Positions 45,177 to 56,404 of a DNA stretch of 64,000 nt are shown here, piece after piece. The stretch lies in contig CAVSBO010000004.1 in NCBI GenBank assembly GCA_963726195.1, positions 32,001-96,000 on the forward strand, in the 5' to 3' direction. The position numbers were made by a program, and so were the translations under genes. The first letter of the stretch is position 1, and every line of letters begins with the position of its first letter. The notes below the pieces were generated by a model. The model saw only the letters and a program-made list of their open reading frames with translations. It searched no databases and was not told the origin of the DNA. This DNA is from Candidatus Thorarchaeota archaeon. GTDB lineage: Archaea > Asgardarchaeota > Thorarchaeia > Thorarchaeales > Thorarchaeaceae.

Positions 45177-46451
45177 GTGAGCCTCCGTGGATCAGTGATT
45201 ACACCTTTTACTGCACTGGCAGCCACCGTCGCCGGGGATGCGAGGTAGACCTTGGAGTCCGGGTGCCCCATTCGGCCCCTGAAGTTTCTATTCGTGCTGG
45301 AGATGCAAACTTCTCCGGGTCCTAACACACCTAGGTGACCGCCAACGCAAGCGCCACAGGTCGAGTTCGTGAAAATCGCGCCAGCGCTAAGGAAGGTTTC
45401 GATATACCCCGCTCTCAATGCTTCAATATAGGTCTCCTGACTGGCAGGAGTGATAACCAAACGAAGGTCTGGATGGATTTTCCTTCCTTTGAGAATCCGA
45501 GCTGCTATCTCGAAATCTTCCAGCCGCCCGTTAGTGCAGGACCCTATGAATGCCTGGTCCACGTGCACGCCCTCAACCTCTGAGACCGGTCTGCCATTCG
45601 CCGGGCTATGAGGCGTAGCGACTATTGGGTCGAGATGCTCTGTGTTCAAGTCAATCTCAATATCTGCAACATACTCGGCGTCTGCATCGGGTTCTACAGG
45701 AGTCCATTCTGCAGACGGATTGTGAGTCGTGACCCATTCCTTGACCGCATTATTGACCGTCATCAATCCACACTTGGCTCCAGCTTCGACAGTCATGTTG
45801 CACATTGTCATTCTTGATGCGACGGACATTGATTCGATAGTAGAGCCGTGAAACTCGATCGAACGATAGTTGGCCCCATTGACTCCAAGGTCGCTCACAA
45901 TCTTCAGGATGAGGTCCTTACTCATCACCATCTCAGGCAATTGCCCGTTTATGTTGATTCTCAAAGATTCAGGGACCCTGAACCAGCACTTCCCGGTTGC
46001 CAAGATTATCGCACTGTCTGTTGCAGCGAGAACCTGTTGAGAATGCATTGAAGGCTCCGTAAGTAGTCGAGTGTGAGTCGCTCCCAATAACAAGATCGCC
46101 CGGCTTGACAAGCCCCATCTCTGGCAATACCTGATGACAAATACCGCAATTGACATCACAGAAGTGCTCTATGCCCTGCTCTTTCACGAACTGCCTGTTT
46201 CTGATATGAATTTCCGCGCTCTGGGTGTCGGATGCCGGTGCCCAGTGGTCGTTGACTACTAACACCTTTGCCGGGTCCCAGATTCTCTTCACACCCATCT
46301 CCTTCAGTATGGGGATTATTCTTGAGCCTAGTACTTCGTGTACCATCAAGAGGTCAATGGAAGCATCAACGATTTCACCGGCCGATGCCTTTCGGTTCTT
46401 GGTATGAGAGGCGAGCAGCTTTTCCGCGAGCGTCTTTCCCAGCTGGCTCAC
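45173..46451 (-). CDS. leuC: 3-isopropylmalate dehydratase/homoaconitase large subunit, frameshift near 46030
   Basis: KTLAEKLLA, GICHQVLPE, DSHSTTYGA, FIGSCTNGR, CGACVG, STNRNFRGRMG. Confidence 0.9.
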
Positions 46452-47610
46452 CCCTTCACGGCTTGTTTTCCCACGGCGTCTGCAACTGCAGCGGCAACAG
46501 TCTGAGTCGATGAAGGTGCCACCTTTGCGTACTTGCCGATGCATAGATCGTAGGTTCGTGTTCTTGCATCTTTCAGGACTGATGCGACTGCCTCTCGGAT
46601 GAGTCTGCCGCCCTCAGTGCAATTGCGGTCTCGATGTGTGGAGCCCAGCCAGTCCAGCATCATGCCTGCCGAGAGAATCGAGGCGATGGGATTTGCTTCG
46701 TTCCGGCCATAGTGCTTTGGTGATGAGCCATGTACAGGCTCGAACATTCCATGCTTTTCACCAATGTTCCCGGCAGGGGCCACTCCAAGCCCCCCTTGAA
46801 CTGCAGCTCCTAGGTCCGTGATTATGTCACCGAACTCATTAGGAGCAACGACAACGTCATAGTACTCAGGTCTTCTGAGGCACCACTGCGTCCATGCATC
46901 GACGTATGAGTAGTCCTTCTGCACTTTTGGGAAGTCTTCTGAGACCTCGTCGAAGACCTCTCTGAAGAGCTGACATCCAGAGAGAAGATTGCTCTTGTCG
47001 ACACAAGTCACTCTCCTTATCCCATCAACTGGAGCGCCGTTTCTCGCCATTGACTGCTCGAATGCGAACCGAGCAATCCTCTCGGAACCTTTTCTAGTGA
47101 TTATTCGCACATCCACGGCGAGTTCCTTATTCTCTCCCCTAGACAGACTTCCTCTGATTGGTGCGTACAATCCTTCCGTGTTCTCTCGAACTATCACCAT
47201 GTCAATGTCCTTGCTACCCTTGTCAGCAAGAGGCGTTGGCACTCCTTCGTAGAGCTTCACGGGGCGCACGTTCGCATACAGGTCCAATGCCATCCTCAGG
47301 CCAATTACGACACTGTAACCTGCCATGTTGCCATCCGGCAGCCGTACTTGTTCGCCATTGCTATCCAACCGCGCCGACTGCGCCAAGCAATACTGCGTCG
47401 GCTTCGTTCATGACGAAAGTCTCGGCTTCTTCTGGCCACTCCCGTTCAGTTCTTAGATAGTACTCCCCTCCGCACTCGAATTGGTTCATTTCGAGCTCAA
47501 GCCCGTTGACTGCATTCTCAGTTGCTTCTAGAACATGGACTGCCTGCGGAACAACTTCCCTGCCTATTCCATCACCCGGTAAGCACAGCGACTTTGTATT
47601 TGCGAACCAA
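46448..47610 (-). CDS. leuB: Isocitrate/isopropylmalate dehydrogenase family protein, frameshifts near 47380 and 47580
   Basis: GDGIGREV, VRENTEGLY, VDKSN, NEFGDIITDL, FEPVHGS, ANPIA. Exact substrate (LeuB or AksF) not resolved. Confidence 0.8.
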
Positions 47611-47620
47611 TGTGCACCAC

Positions 47621-47950
47621 CTAGTAGTTACCAAGCCAGCCTAAATCATTGCCTCGGTCGTCGATGAGGTTTACCATGGTATCAATCCTTTCGCCATCCA
47701 CATATCTGATTTTACACCGAATAGTGAATTGCCTTCCGCATTTTGCGCATTTCACAAGCCAGTCTTCTGTCACCTTCTCCAATCCCCTGCCCTTTATGCT
47801 CTGGGGATTCTTTTTCATGCTGACAAGTGAAATTTCCTTTCCGTCACACGCGTAGGTGCATTCTTTGAGAGGTATTGGCTCCATTCCTCTCTGGCCGAGG
47901 GGCGCAAAGACTTCGTTAGGCAGGTCATCGAGACTTGGTGCGGGTTCCAA
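47621..47950 (-). CDS. Small cysteine-containing (zinc-finger-like) hypothetical protein
   Basis: CTYAC...CAKC; immediately upstream of the leuB-like gene. Confidence 0.6.
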   Translation of the reverse strand: MEPAPSLDDLPNEVFAPLGQRGMEPIPLKECTYACDGKEISLVSMKKNPQSIKGRGLEKVTEDWLVKCAKCGRQFTIRCKIRYVDGERIDTMVNLIDDRGNDLGWLGNY

Positions 47951-48015
47951 GTACTACACCACGTTTCCGATTTACTGGCGATACGGATAAATGAGGCGGT
48001 TGGGATACTGAGCCC

Positions 48016-48921
48016 ATGCGACTCGTCACTTATTCGAGGCTGGGTGTGCCTTCCATAGGTTTAGATTTGGACAGCGGTATTCTTGACATACCTGACGCTG
48101 CCTCTTGTTTTGGCAGGACCTACCATGTTCACGGCCACAAGTTTCCGAACACGATGATTGACCTTCTCAACTGGGAGTCAGGAATTGAGGTCGTGAGGCA
48201 GATTCTGGGAAGGTACCTGAAGACTCCTGCGGAGGAGCGACCACTCACTTATCAGCACTCCTCTGTGCGTTTTGAGGCACCCGTTCCTCGACCTGGCAAA
48301 ATCATTGCCATTGGCACCAACTACAAGAGCCACATAAAAGAACTTGGCCAAGAAGTACCGAAGTTTCCTATAGTTTTCGCCAAGTTTCCTTCTTCAGTCG
48401 TGGGACCTGACATATCCATATCCATTCCCAAGGTCACGAGCAAGCTGGATTGGGAAGTGGAACTGGCCATCGTAATCGGAAAGGCATGCAAGGATGTTGC
48501 GGAGAAGGACGCGCTCAAGTATGTTGCTGGATACACTGTTGTGAATGATCTCACTGCGAGGGAGCTACAGAAAAGCGATGTTCAGTGGGTGAGGTCCAAA
48601 TCGCTCGATGGGTTTTGCCCGATGGGTCCAGCAATCGTCACGACTGATGAACTAGGCGACGGGTCGGGGCTCAGATTGTATACAAAGGTGAATGGAGCTG
48701 TCAAGCAAGACTCGAATACATCTGACCTGCTCTTTGGCGTGCCCAAACTGGTTTCTTGGCTCTCTGAGTCCTTCACGCTTGAGCCTGGTGATGTCATTCC
48801 CACAGGCACACCTGGTGGGGTGGGTTTCTTGCGCAAGCCCCCTGAGTACCTGAAGGCGGGCGACAATCTTGAGCTCTACGTCGATAAGATAGGCTATCTG
48901 AGGAATACGATAGTGGCCTGA
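48016..48921 (+). CDS. Fumarylacetoacetate hydrolase family protein
   Basis: KIIAIGTNY, DWEVELA, NDLTAR, KSLDGFCPMGP, GDVI.TGTPGGVG. Confidence 0.92.
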   Translation: MRLVTYSRLGVPSIGLDLDSGILDIPDAASCFGRTYHVHGHKFPNTMIDLLNWESGIEVVRQILGRYLKTPAEERPLTYQHSSVRFEAPVPRPGKIIAIGTNYKSHIKELGQEVPKFPIVFAKFPSSVVGPDISISIPKVTSKLDWEVELAIVIGKACKDVAEKDALKYVAGYTVVNDLTARELQKSDVQWVRSKSLDGFCPMGPAIVTTDELGDGSGLRLYTKVNGAVKQDSNTSDLLFGVPKLVSWLSESFTLEPGDVIPTGTPGGVGFLRKPPEYLKAGDNLELYVDKIGYLRNTIVA

Positions 48922-49109
48922 GTCTTCCAGATGGTGGGGGAAACGGGGTGCAGGGACAGGAAATGACCAAGAGACGGCGAAAGCTAGCAAAGAGGGTTCG
49001 AAGGGCTGTGGCTGCCTCGCCAGAAACCCAAGCATTCAACGGGTCCATCTCAGAGATTGATACCGCCTACCCGGTTCCGATAGAGAGGCTGATCTCTGCC
49101 ACTTTCACT

Positions 49110-49926
49110 TTATGCTAGTCTTCTCTCTTTGAAAAAAGCCCTAAGCTTCATCTGACTGAGGGAAATCCAAGTTCCTATAAATCGCTTCTATTATTTGCTC
49201 CAAGGGAACCCAAGCCACCGACAACAAATGCTTCTTAATCTCTGCAAAATCCCTCCAAGCAATGTCATCCTTGATTTTGCTGAAATCAGTGTATTCTTGG
49301 AGTTTGTAGTAGTAGAATCTGCTCTTCTTTCTGTACAACTCTGAAGGAGAACACAACAATACGACAAGCCTTTGATCCTTCTTGAGCCTTGATATGCCTA
49401 CATCGACGGTTCTTGCCAACTGATTCCTATGAACATTGAAAGTCGTCTGAGAAGAAATGTCAGAGGTAAACTTCACTTCAACCAACATCAGCAGATTCTT
49501 AGCTTCGAGGACAACATCAACATGAGTATTCGTTTCCAGAGGCTTTCTTGCTTCAGCATGTTCTCTTCCCTGCTCTCTGATATATCTTATCGGATGCTTG
49601 CTCACTTCTCTATCAAGCCACTCTAGGTAACCTTTTGGAGGACTGAGCTGTCTCTCAAAATCAAGAGTCAATGGTTCTTCAACAGGCTCACCTATGCCAC
49701 AAAAGCCCAGAACCTCTTGAACCACCTTTTTCTTGTCTTTCCTCAGATCAAGTGGTGCAAAAGTGTAGAAACTGATCAGCTCTTCAGCCTTGTCATACTG
49801 ATTGTCTCCGGATTCTAATGATCCTGACTCTCTCGCTCTGCTTGTATTCTCAAGCCATGCTTCATACTTGCGAATCCTTTCCTTACTCAAATGATCCTTT
49901 GCCAAATCTTCAAAAAGCATCCTCAT
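49110..49926 (-). CDS. PD-(D/E)XK restriction-endonuclease-like protein, AT-rich, terminal frameshift
   Basis: ETNTHVDVVL...LVEVKFTSD...RNQLAR. Confidence 0.65.
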
Positions 49927-50181
49927 TCGAGCACCTCGACAACACTATTGGATTTCAGATAACTGATTTCGCTGCTTATAACATCTGGCGAGTCTTTGCT
50001 GGAAGAGCTGCACAGTCCAATTCCCTACACGCAAGCATCAAATGCCTGTATTGAGCCATGCGTATCCATCGGCCGTGCCAAGGCAATCAGGGTTGAGAAC
50101 CCTCAAGGTTTCGGACTCGGCCGGTTCATAAGACGGCTCTTTCTCTCCAGGCATATTCTTCAGACCGCGTCTGCCTTTCCT

Positions 50182-52473
50182 CTAGACCCTGTAATCGACC
50201 CTGATAGTTTGACCCCCTTGAAGACCTGTCGAACGGCAATCACTTCTTGGGCGACTCGCTCGAATTTGACTTCTTGGTCGTCGACGAAAGCAGTCTCGGG
50301 AATCCATCCCTTCCCTGTACAAAGAACACGGCCTCAGGCTTTCTTGTGCTTCTTTTCACTGTGATACTGAGCTCTCGCTTGTTAGAGTTCCAAGCAGAGT
50401 TGTCGAGTTCAACCGCTCCTTGAGTGAAATGAATGCTGGTGCCCAAGACGGATGGCGTGGCCGATTCTGGCTTGACCGCGAAGAGCTGACAGGAATGCGG
50501 TTTGAGATGCTTGATGGTCATTTCATTCTCAGTAAGTCCGAGGTACTCCTGCTTCCAGAATTCAAAAACATGGTGAGGTTGACTCGCATCTAGACCGGCG
50601 TCTTCGAGTCGAATTGAGACATCGATAGGTCTCTCAGTCAGGTTCACAGCCGCAACGACTGCCCATCGACCGAGTGAGGTCTCAATGGGAAGCACGAACG
50701 AAGTCGGTTCGCTCAATGCAAGGGAGTCGAGTGCAATTGCACCACCGCCATAGGGCGGGAGGATCCTGTCTATGATTTGGAGTCGTTCTTCCGAGACGTC
50801 CATCATCCGGTCGCTCAGCAACAATGCCCCGCCGCTCATTGCCACGACTGAGGCCCAGAGAAGCAATTCATCAATGGTGAGCTCGCTGTCATCTTCGCCG
50901 CACTAGCAAGCAGTCCGGGTCGTTTGTCCACCACCGGCGATGCAACACCGCTCGAGTCATTGTGTTAATCGTGCACTCATAGACTCCTGGTCCCGACTCA
51001 TAGCGCCAAGCCGGAGCTATATCATTGCCTATGCGCATGGCATTGACGATTCCGACACAAGGACCGAACGGTGCGCCACACCCAAGGATTAGGTCGTCAC
51101 CCACAGTCTTTCTTATTGCTTCGAGACCTTTTCTTAGCGCCTGTGCCCGAGTGATACGCATGTCATTGCGAATGCCTTCCGCAACTGCATGGTAGAGAAA
51201 GTCGATTTTGAAGTATTCAAACCCGTCTGCCTTAAGCGTCTTGAAGACATCCTCGATGTGTCTCAGAACCTCGGCGTTGGTAAGATCAAGGGCATAATAC
51301 TTGCCCAGCCAGAGTGGGTTTTGATCGACAGCTAGGGGTTCATTCTTCTCGTTTCGAACGAACCAACTTGGCTTCGTTTTGAACAACTCAGAATGCTCGG
51401 TCGCAACAAAGGGGGCGACCCATATGCCAGCCCTGTAACCGCTCTTCTTGACATTCTCCACAATGCTCTTCAGGCCTTTCCCGAATCTGGAATTCACCTG
51501 CCAGTCGCCAACTGTCTTCTGATATCCGTCATCGAGCTGAATCCATTCAATCTCATTGCCGAATCTTCTCTCAAGGAAACGGGTGTTTGCAAGAACCTCC
51601 TCCTCATCAGGCATCGTGTAGTAAAAGTACCAAGAACACCACCCTGTTGGAATGTTGGTCCAAGGAACAGCTTTCATGCGTTGTGATGCAATGTCCACAT
51701 ACTTGCATAGACCATCGAGGGCTCTTTCGGTGGCAACAACCAGCATCTCCTCAGACATGATTGACTGTTTCTCGGACACAGGGATGCTATCAGTGTGGCA
51801 TCTGCAAACTATGCGTGCCAGTCTCTTGTCTTCCGTCTGCCCGCCCCACAAATGTAACCGTTGATAGCTGGTCGGCCGCAGTGGTGAAACCAAACACGAG
51901 CGCGGCGCCGCTATCTATCTCATGTAGCACAGAAAACAGATGACTTGTATTGTCACCAGAAGAGATTGGCTGAGCTTGGCTCAATTCCCACGACTGGAAC
52001 CCATTCTTGAAGAAACGGAGGCGCTGCCCGTTCCAACCTGTGTACACTCTTGACTTGTCATCAACATCGATTACGAGAGTATCAATTGACTTCACGTTGA
52101 TTACGTTGCCAGTACGGTTCCTGAATTGAACAACGCAGGCGAAACCTGCTAGGTTCTTGATTACGACCAGCTTGATGTAAATCTCACCAGTAGCGCCGCT
52201 GTCTTGTAGCCTGAGGACTACAGCCTTCCCCTCCCCTCGCTCATCGTTGAAGTCGAGGCTGCTTACACCGCGATAGACCATCTTGCGTGAGTCGAATACT
52301 TGCGATGACGTTTGCACTTGGACGTAAGCCCGAGAGAAACACATGGTCTTCTCATCGGAGGACGTGAGCATGATTAAGCCGGTTCGCGTGTCAAAGAACA
52401 CAGACACGAGTCCATTGCCGAGTCGTATGCCTGTGTCCGCTACTTCGAGCCTGCATTCATCTTGACCTGACAT
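50182..52473 (-). CDS. Alpha-galactosidase (GH36), several frameshifts
   Basis: NGFQSW, GWCSWY, QLDDGYQ, GIWVAPF, YFKIDFL, LGCGAP, MRIGND, NDPDC. Confidence 0.88.
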
Positions 52474-52551
52474 GAAAGCTGTCCTCCAACATTGCACAAA
52501 GGGGCGACAGGAGTTCTTCTTATTTCTTACCAATTGGCAGGGGCAATAGGA

Positions 52552-53091
52552 TTAGAGACGGGATGCCTTGGCCAGAGCATCATCTGCTTCTTCATATTCA
52601 AACAGTCTCTTATGAGCTCGTGCAAGCATCTCCCAAACTTCCTTGTCCTTGCTTTTCATTTCCAGGTACTTTCTGCAGTAGAGCTTGACTCCTTCCCAGT
52701 CCGACAGCTCCTCGGAACAACGGGCAGCATAATACAGGGCCCTTTTGTGATTCATCTTGGGCCCCATGAAATCTTTGAATACTGCCAGAGCTTCTTGCCA
52801 TTGTTTGTTCTCAAACAGCTGCATTCCCTGTCTGAACTGAATCTCCATGTCTTCGTAAGCAGGAATCTTGGCTGAATAGGAGCTTATCGCAAGGTAAGAC
52901 GAACAGCAGAGAAGAATGACCGAGCTCGTTATTGCAGCTCCGAGAATAAGACCAGGCGAGATAGGCCATGCGAGCCAGCTTGCGACCCATGCAAGCACGG
53001 CTCCCACCACGAAAAATGGGATGGCAAGGAGGGCGATGGCCTTGATATGACTGAACCCGACTATTTCGCCTCTCTGAGCTTTGGATGTCAT
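52552..53091 (-). CDS. Two-TM protein with C-terminal TPR repeats
   Basis: Two hydrophobic helices then TPR-pattern helices. Confidence 0.7.
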   Translation of the reverse strand: MTSKAQRGEIVGFSHIKAIALLAIPFFVVGAVLAWVASWLAWPISPGLILGAAITSSVILLCCSSYLAISSYSAKIPAYEDMEIQFRQGMQLFENKQWQEALAVFKDFMGPKMNHKRALYYAARCSEELSDWEGVKLYCRKYLEMKSKDKEVWEMLARAHKRLFEYEEADDALAKASRL

Positions 53092-53152
53092 CTGTGTATC
53101 TTCACCTCGATGCCCGTGCGCTCTGGTCATGCTTGTTACGTTGTAGATTCTA

Positions 53153-53803
53153 CTATTCCGGTCCACGCAAGTCCTTATCGAGTCTCTTGTTTGGGTCCGT
53201 CCTGCGTTCGTATTCGTCCTGCAGCTTCCTGGCTTCCAATCTGGCCTTTGAGACATGAATCCATTGCTCTACCAGCGGCCCCAGCTCGGGGTCCAACTTC
53301 ACAGCAAGCTCTCCGTAGGCGATGGCATGCTCGTCGTCTTCCTCAATGAAGTGAGCATTCGCCTTGTTGTAGAAAGCTTCTGCGTAGTCGGGTTTCAATG
53401 CAACAGCTCTCGTATAGAATTCGATGGCCTTCTGGCCTTCACCAAGTCTGGATAGGCAGTTCCCCAAGTTGTTCCACGCTTCAGCGTCGTCTGGTCTAAT
53501 CTCGACTGCCTTTTGGTAGCACTCCTTTGCACCCTTGAAGTCTTTCAACTGATACAGGACAGTTGCCTTGTTGAACCAACTCTCGAAAATCATGTTGTCA
53601 ATTGCTAGTGCTTCGTCGTATGCCTTGACGGCATCATCGTATCTATCACATTCTGCAAGGGCGACGCCCAAGTTGTACCATGCTTCAACCGAATGAGGAT
53701 CGTCGTTCACGAAGGCTTCGAGAGTATCAACTGCCTCCTCGTATCTGCCTGCCTTCATCATGGCGACGGCGCGACCTATGGGACTCGCCTTTACTTTCTT
53801 CAA
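53153..53803 (-). CDS. Tetratricopeptide repeat protein
   Basis: AWYNLG, SWFNKA, AWNNLG, AFYNKA repeats. Confidence 0.9.
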   Translation of the reverse strand: MKKVKASPIGRAVAMMKAGRYEEAVDTLEAFVNDDPHSVEAWYNLGVALAECDRYDDAVKAYDEALAIDNMIFESWFNKATVLYQLKDFKGAKECYQKAVEIRPDDAEAWNNLGNCLSRLGEGQKAIEFYTRAVALKPDYAEAFYNKANAHFIEEDDEHAIAYGELAVKLDPELGPLVEQWIHVSKARLEARKLQDEYERRTDPNKRLDKDLRGPE

Positions 53804-53843
53804 GCTGGTCTCGCACCAGTCTTCTTGGCGGGCTGAATAAGGC

Positions 53844-54300
53844 TTACGACGCAGTCTGTTTGCTCTTCCCTGCGGTCAAACGTGCGATTATTGAGAGCAC
53901 TGCTCCAACCCATCCAGCTGACTGAGACGCCACCATAATGAAGCTCACCACAGCTCCGAGGCCGGATGTATAGAGCATTTCTCCAAGAGAGACTAGAAGT
54001 CCTATGAGCCCTAGTCCTGCTCCCAGACCAATCAAGAGTTTCCCGGTGCGCAAGCGCCCCTTTGTCAGCAGAGAACCTCCGATGATAACGCTGATGCCTC
54101 CGAGTCCTGCAAGAAAGAACGACACGTACAAAACGAGATTGATGAGCCACATAATACCCAAGAGCTGCGGAAACAGGGTCGGAATGTCTGCGACGAGCTG
54201 AAGGAATCCGATACTACCCGTTGCGCCGTTGGTTATCAGCAATACGCCACCTATCAAACACAATACGAAAGCGAGTCGATTCTGCAGTCCTGAACCTCAC
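53844..54300 (-). CDS. Small Gly-rich membrane protein (start uncertain)
   Basis: Four Gly-rich hydrophobic helices. Confidence 0.6.
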
Positions 54301-54325
54301 TGTTAGATAGACCTCAACAATGCTA

Positions 54326-55186
54326 TCATCTTTTTGGTTCCATGCTGGACATGATTGCTCGCTTCTGCCGGAATGTTGACACGCTCGAGAATCCACACTC
54401 CTTGATCATGCTTAGAGCCTTTTCTACTCCAGCGCCAACGTCCTTTGGATTGTGCGCATCAGATCCTATTGTTACTGTCTTGATGCCTGCCCTGCGCAGA
54501 GCTTTGATCATGGAACTCTCCGGCAACGGCTGTTCCATGCCTCTTCTCCACGAGGAAGTGTTCACTTCGAAGCCGACATGGTACCTCTTCATGCTCGATG
54601 CCAGTTGTTTTACATGGGACAACCAGATCGAGTGTATGTCTGGCCCATAGAACTTCTCACCGTAACGTCTGTATACGTCAATATGGCCAAGCACATTAAA
54701 CAGCCCGGTTTCCGCACAGTCTGTCAGAAGCTGAAAGTAGCGATCACCAAGCCGCTGAATTGAGAGATTCGCAAATGCGTTCTGGGCCTCAGGCTCTGTG
54801 GTAATCTGCATGTGGTCGATGAGATGAACGGACCCCATGATCATATCGAAGTCAGTGTCGTGAAATCTATCTGGGAGGCCCTCCGCGACTCCGGGATAAT
54901 AGTCGACCTCGACGCCCAGAAGCACTGCGAGACCGCGCTCCTTGAAGGAATCGGCAGCGGCCCTCACGTTTGACTCGTAGTCTTCCAGCCAGCGATTGTC
55001 GAGCACACCGAGCCTTTTTCCGTTTACCACCACGTAGCCATCGTTTGAAGTCGGTTCGCTGTCCAAGTGTGTCGTGAAACAGATTTCACGAAGGTTGGCC
55101 CTTAGTGCAGAGACACAGAATTCCTCAAGAGTGCCTTGTGCATCGATCGAGTAGTTTGGATGAACGTGGTAGTCGATCATGACCAT
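54326..55186 (-). CDS. Histidinol-phosphatase HisJ/HisK-type PHP family protein
   Basis: DYHVHPNYS.D, LGVEVDY, GSVH, GHID, EVNTS, TIGSDAH. Confidence 0.88.
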   Translation of the reverse strand: MVMIDYHVHPNYSIDAQGTLEEFCVSALRANLREICFTTHLDSEPTSNDGYVVVNGKRLGVLDNRWLEDYESNVRAAADSFKERGLAVLLGVEVDYYPGVAEGLPDRFHDTDFDMIMGSVHLIDHMQITTEPEAQNAFANLSIQRLGDRYFQLLTDCAETGLFNVLGHIDVYRRYGEKFYGPDIHSIWLSHVKQLASSMKRYHVGFEVNTSSWRRGMEQPLPESSMIKALRRAGIKTVTIGSDAHNPKDVGAGVEKALSMIKECGFSSVSTFRQKRAIMSSMEPKR

Positions 55187-55323
55187 ATTGTTGCCTTCAA
55201 TGAGTGGTCTTGGTATGGGAAGCCACATGCAAAGGGTCTGATGTGAGTCTTTCCCGGGTGCGCATCCTCTTCGATGTCGCGGGACTGGCGATGTATAATA
55301 CGTTATCTGAGGAGCGTTATCCG

Positions 55324-55350
55324 AAAAAAAAGGAAGCAAGAAGCAGGTTT
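55324..55350 (-). terminator. Oligo-T terminator behind the Pro/Ala/Lys-repeat gene
   Basis: The minus strand reads ...cttcttgcttcc followed by a T8 run directly after the TAG. Confidence 0.5.
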
Positions 55351-55352
55351 CC

Positions 55353-55935
55353 CTACTTCTTCTTCTTCACCGGTTTCTTAGCAGGCTTCTTCACTGCTGG
55401 CTTCTTAGCTGGCTTCCTCACTGCTGGCTTCTTCAGCTGGCTTCTTGGCTGCTGGCTTCTTAGCCGGCTTCTTGGCTGCTGGCTTCTTCAGCTGGCTTCT
55501 TACTGCTGGCTTAGGAGCTGGCTTGGGAGCTGGAGCCGGAGCTGGCTTGGGAGCTGGAGCCGGAGCTGGCTTAGGAGCCGGGGCCGGTGCCGGAGCTGGC
55601 TTGGGAGCCGGGGCCGGTGCCGGAGCTGGCTTGGGAGCTGGTGCCGGTGTTGGCGCAGGATAGGGCCGAGGAGCTGGCGTCGGTGTTGGCGCCGGATAAG
55701 GCCGAGGAGCTGGCGCAGGTGTTGGCGCCGGATAAGGCCGAGGAGCTGGTGCTGGACCCGTTCCTGGCTTTGGAGGCTCTGAACCCGGCTTTGGAGGCTC
55801 TGAACCTGATCTTTCCATCTTTTCCCAACTCATTTGTATGTGTGGGTTTGCTCCATCTTCCTCTGATTGAGTTGATGAAGCTCTGTCCCGCTCGTAACTG
55901 TGCGTACCCTCTGGATTTAAACAATATGTAGGCAT
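55353..55935 (-). CDS. Low-complexity Pro/Ala/Lys repeat protein with a histone-H1-like basic tail (frameshift in the tail; start uncertain)
   Basis: (GSEPPKP)2, (APRPYPAPTP)3, (PKPAPAPA)n, then KKPAAKKPAKK...KKPVKKKK*. Third codon positions vary between repeats. Confidence 0.7.
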
Positions 55936-56404
55936 GGGCAGAAAACGGTCAAAGACTGGCAGAATTGGCCTCTTTTCCTGCTCATGGCATATCGAAAGAG
56001 CTGCAGATTGGTCACTGCATTCGCGCCGTTGTTACGCTATTCAACATGATTCAACCGCATTCAATACCAGAGGTAGTTGCAGAAAGATAAGAAACCCCGA
56101 TACAAAAACAGCACAGGACGGTTAGGGTTCGAGGCAGCCGCCGAAAAAGTGGACGAACTTAGACATGAAACTGCAGGAGCATATGAGCCTCAGTGAGGAA
56201 TTCAATCATTGAGGTTGAAACGACACGAACCTGACCTCGAGGAGTTTGAGCCCAGTGCCGTTTCTGGGCGGACGAAGACTCCTGTGTCCAACTTTGTCCA
56301 ACTGAGAATAAACGGTAACTGGCGACCAGAGCATTGCTCCGGCCACCAGCACCGCTTCGACTCGGTAGTTTTGCAGGTAAGGCTTTACAATTCCTACTTA
56401 AAAG

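Noticed and set aside
49138-49146. TAG at the nuclease end as pyrrolysine or stop read-through
   Set aside because: The plausible continuation (RAFFKERRLA*) is in a different frame, so a one-base indel explains it.
1659-52473. Frameshifts in more than 20 genes read as programmed frameshifting or genome decay
   Set aside because: They hit essential and accessory genes alike as isolated single-base indels with otherwise intact motifs, typical of unpolished long-read consensus. Read polishing would confirm.
55380-55800. Short tandem repeats as a CRISPR array, and the Gly/Ala- or Trp-rich plus-strand ORFs over them
   Set aside because: There are no unique spacers, unit lengths are multiples of 3 with wobble variation, and no cas genes are present. 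The plus-strand ORFs are shadows of the minus-strand Pro/Ala/Lys gene.
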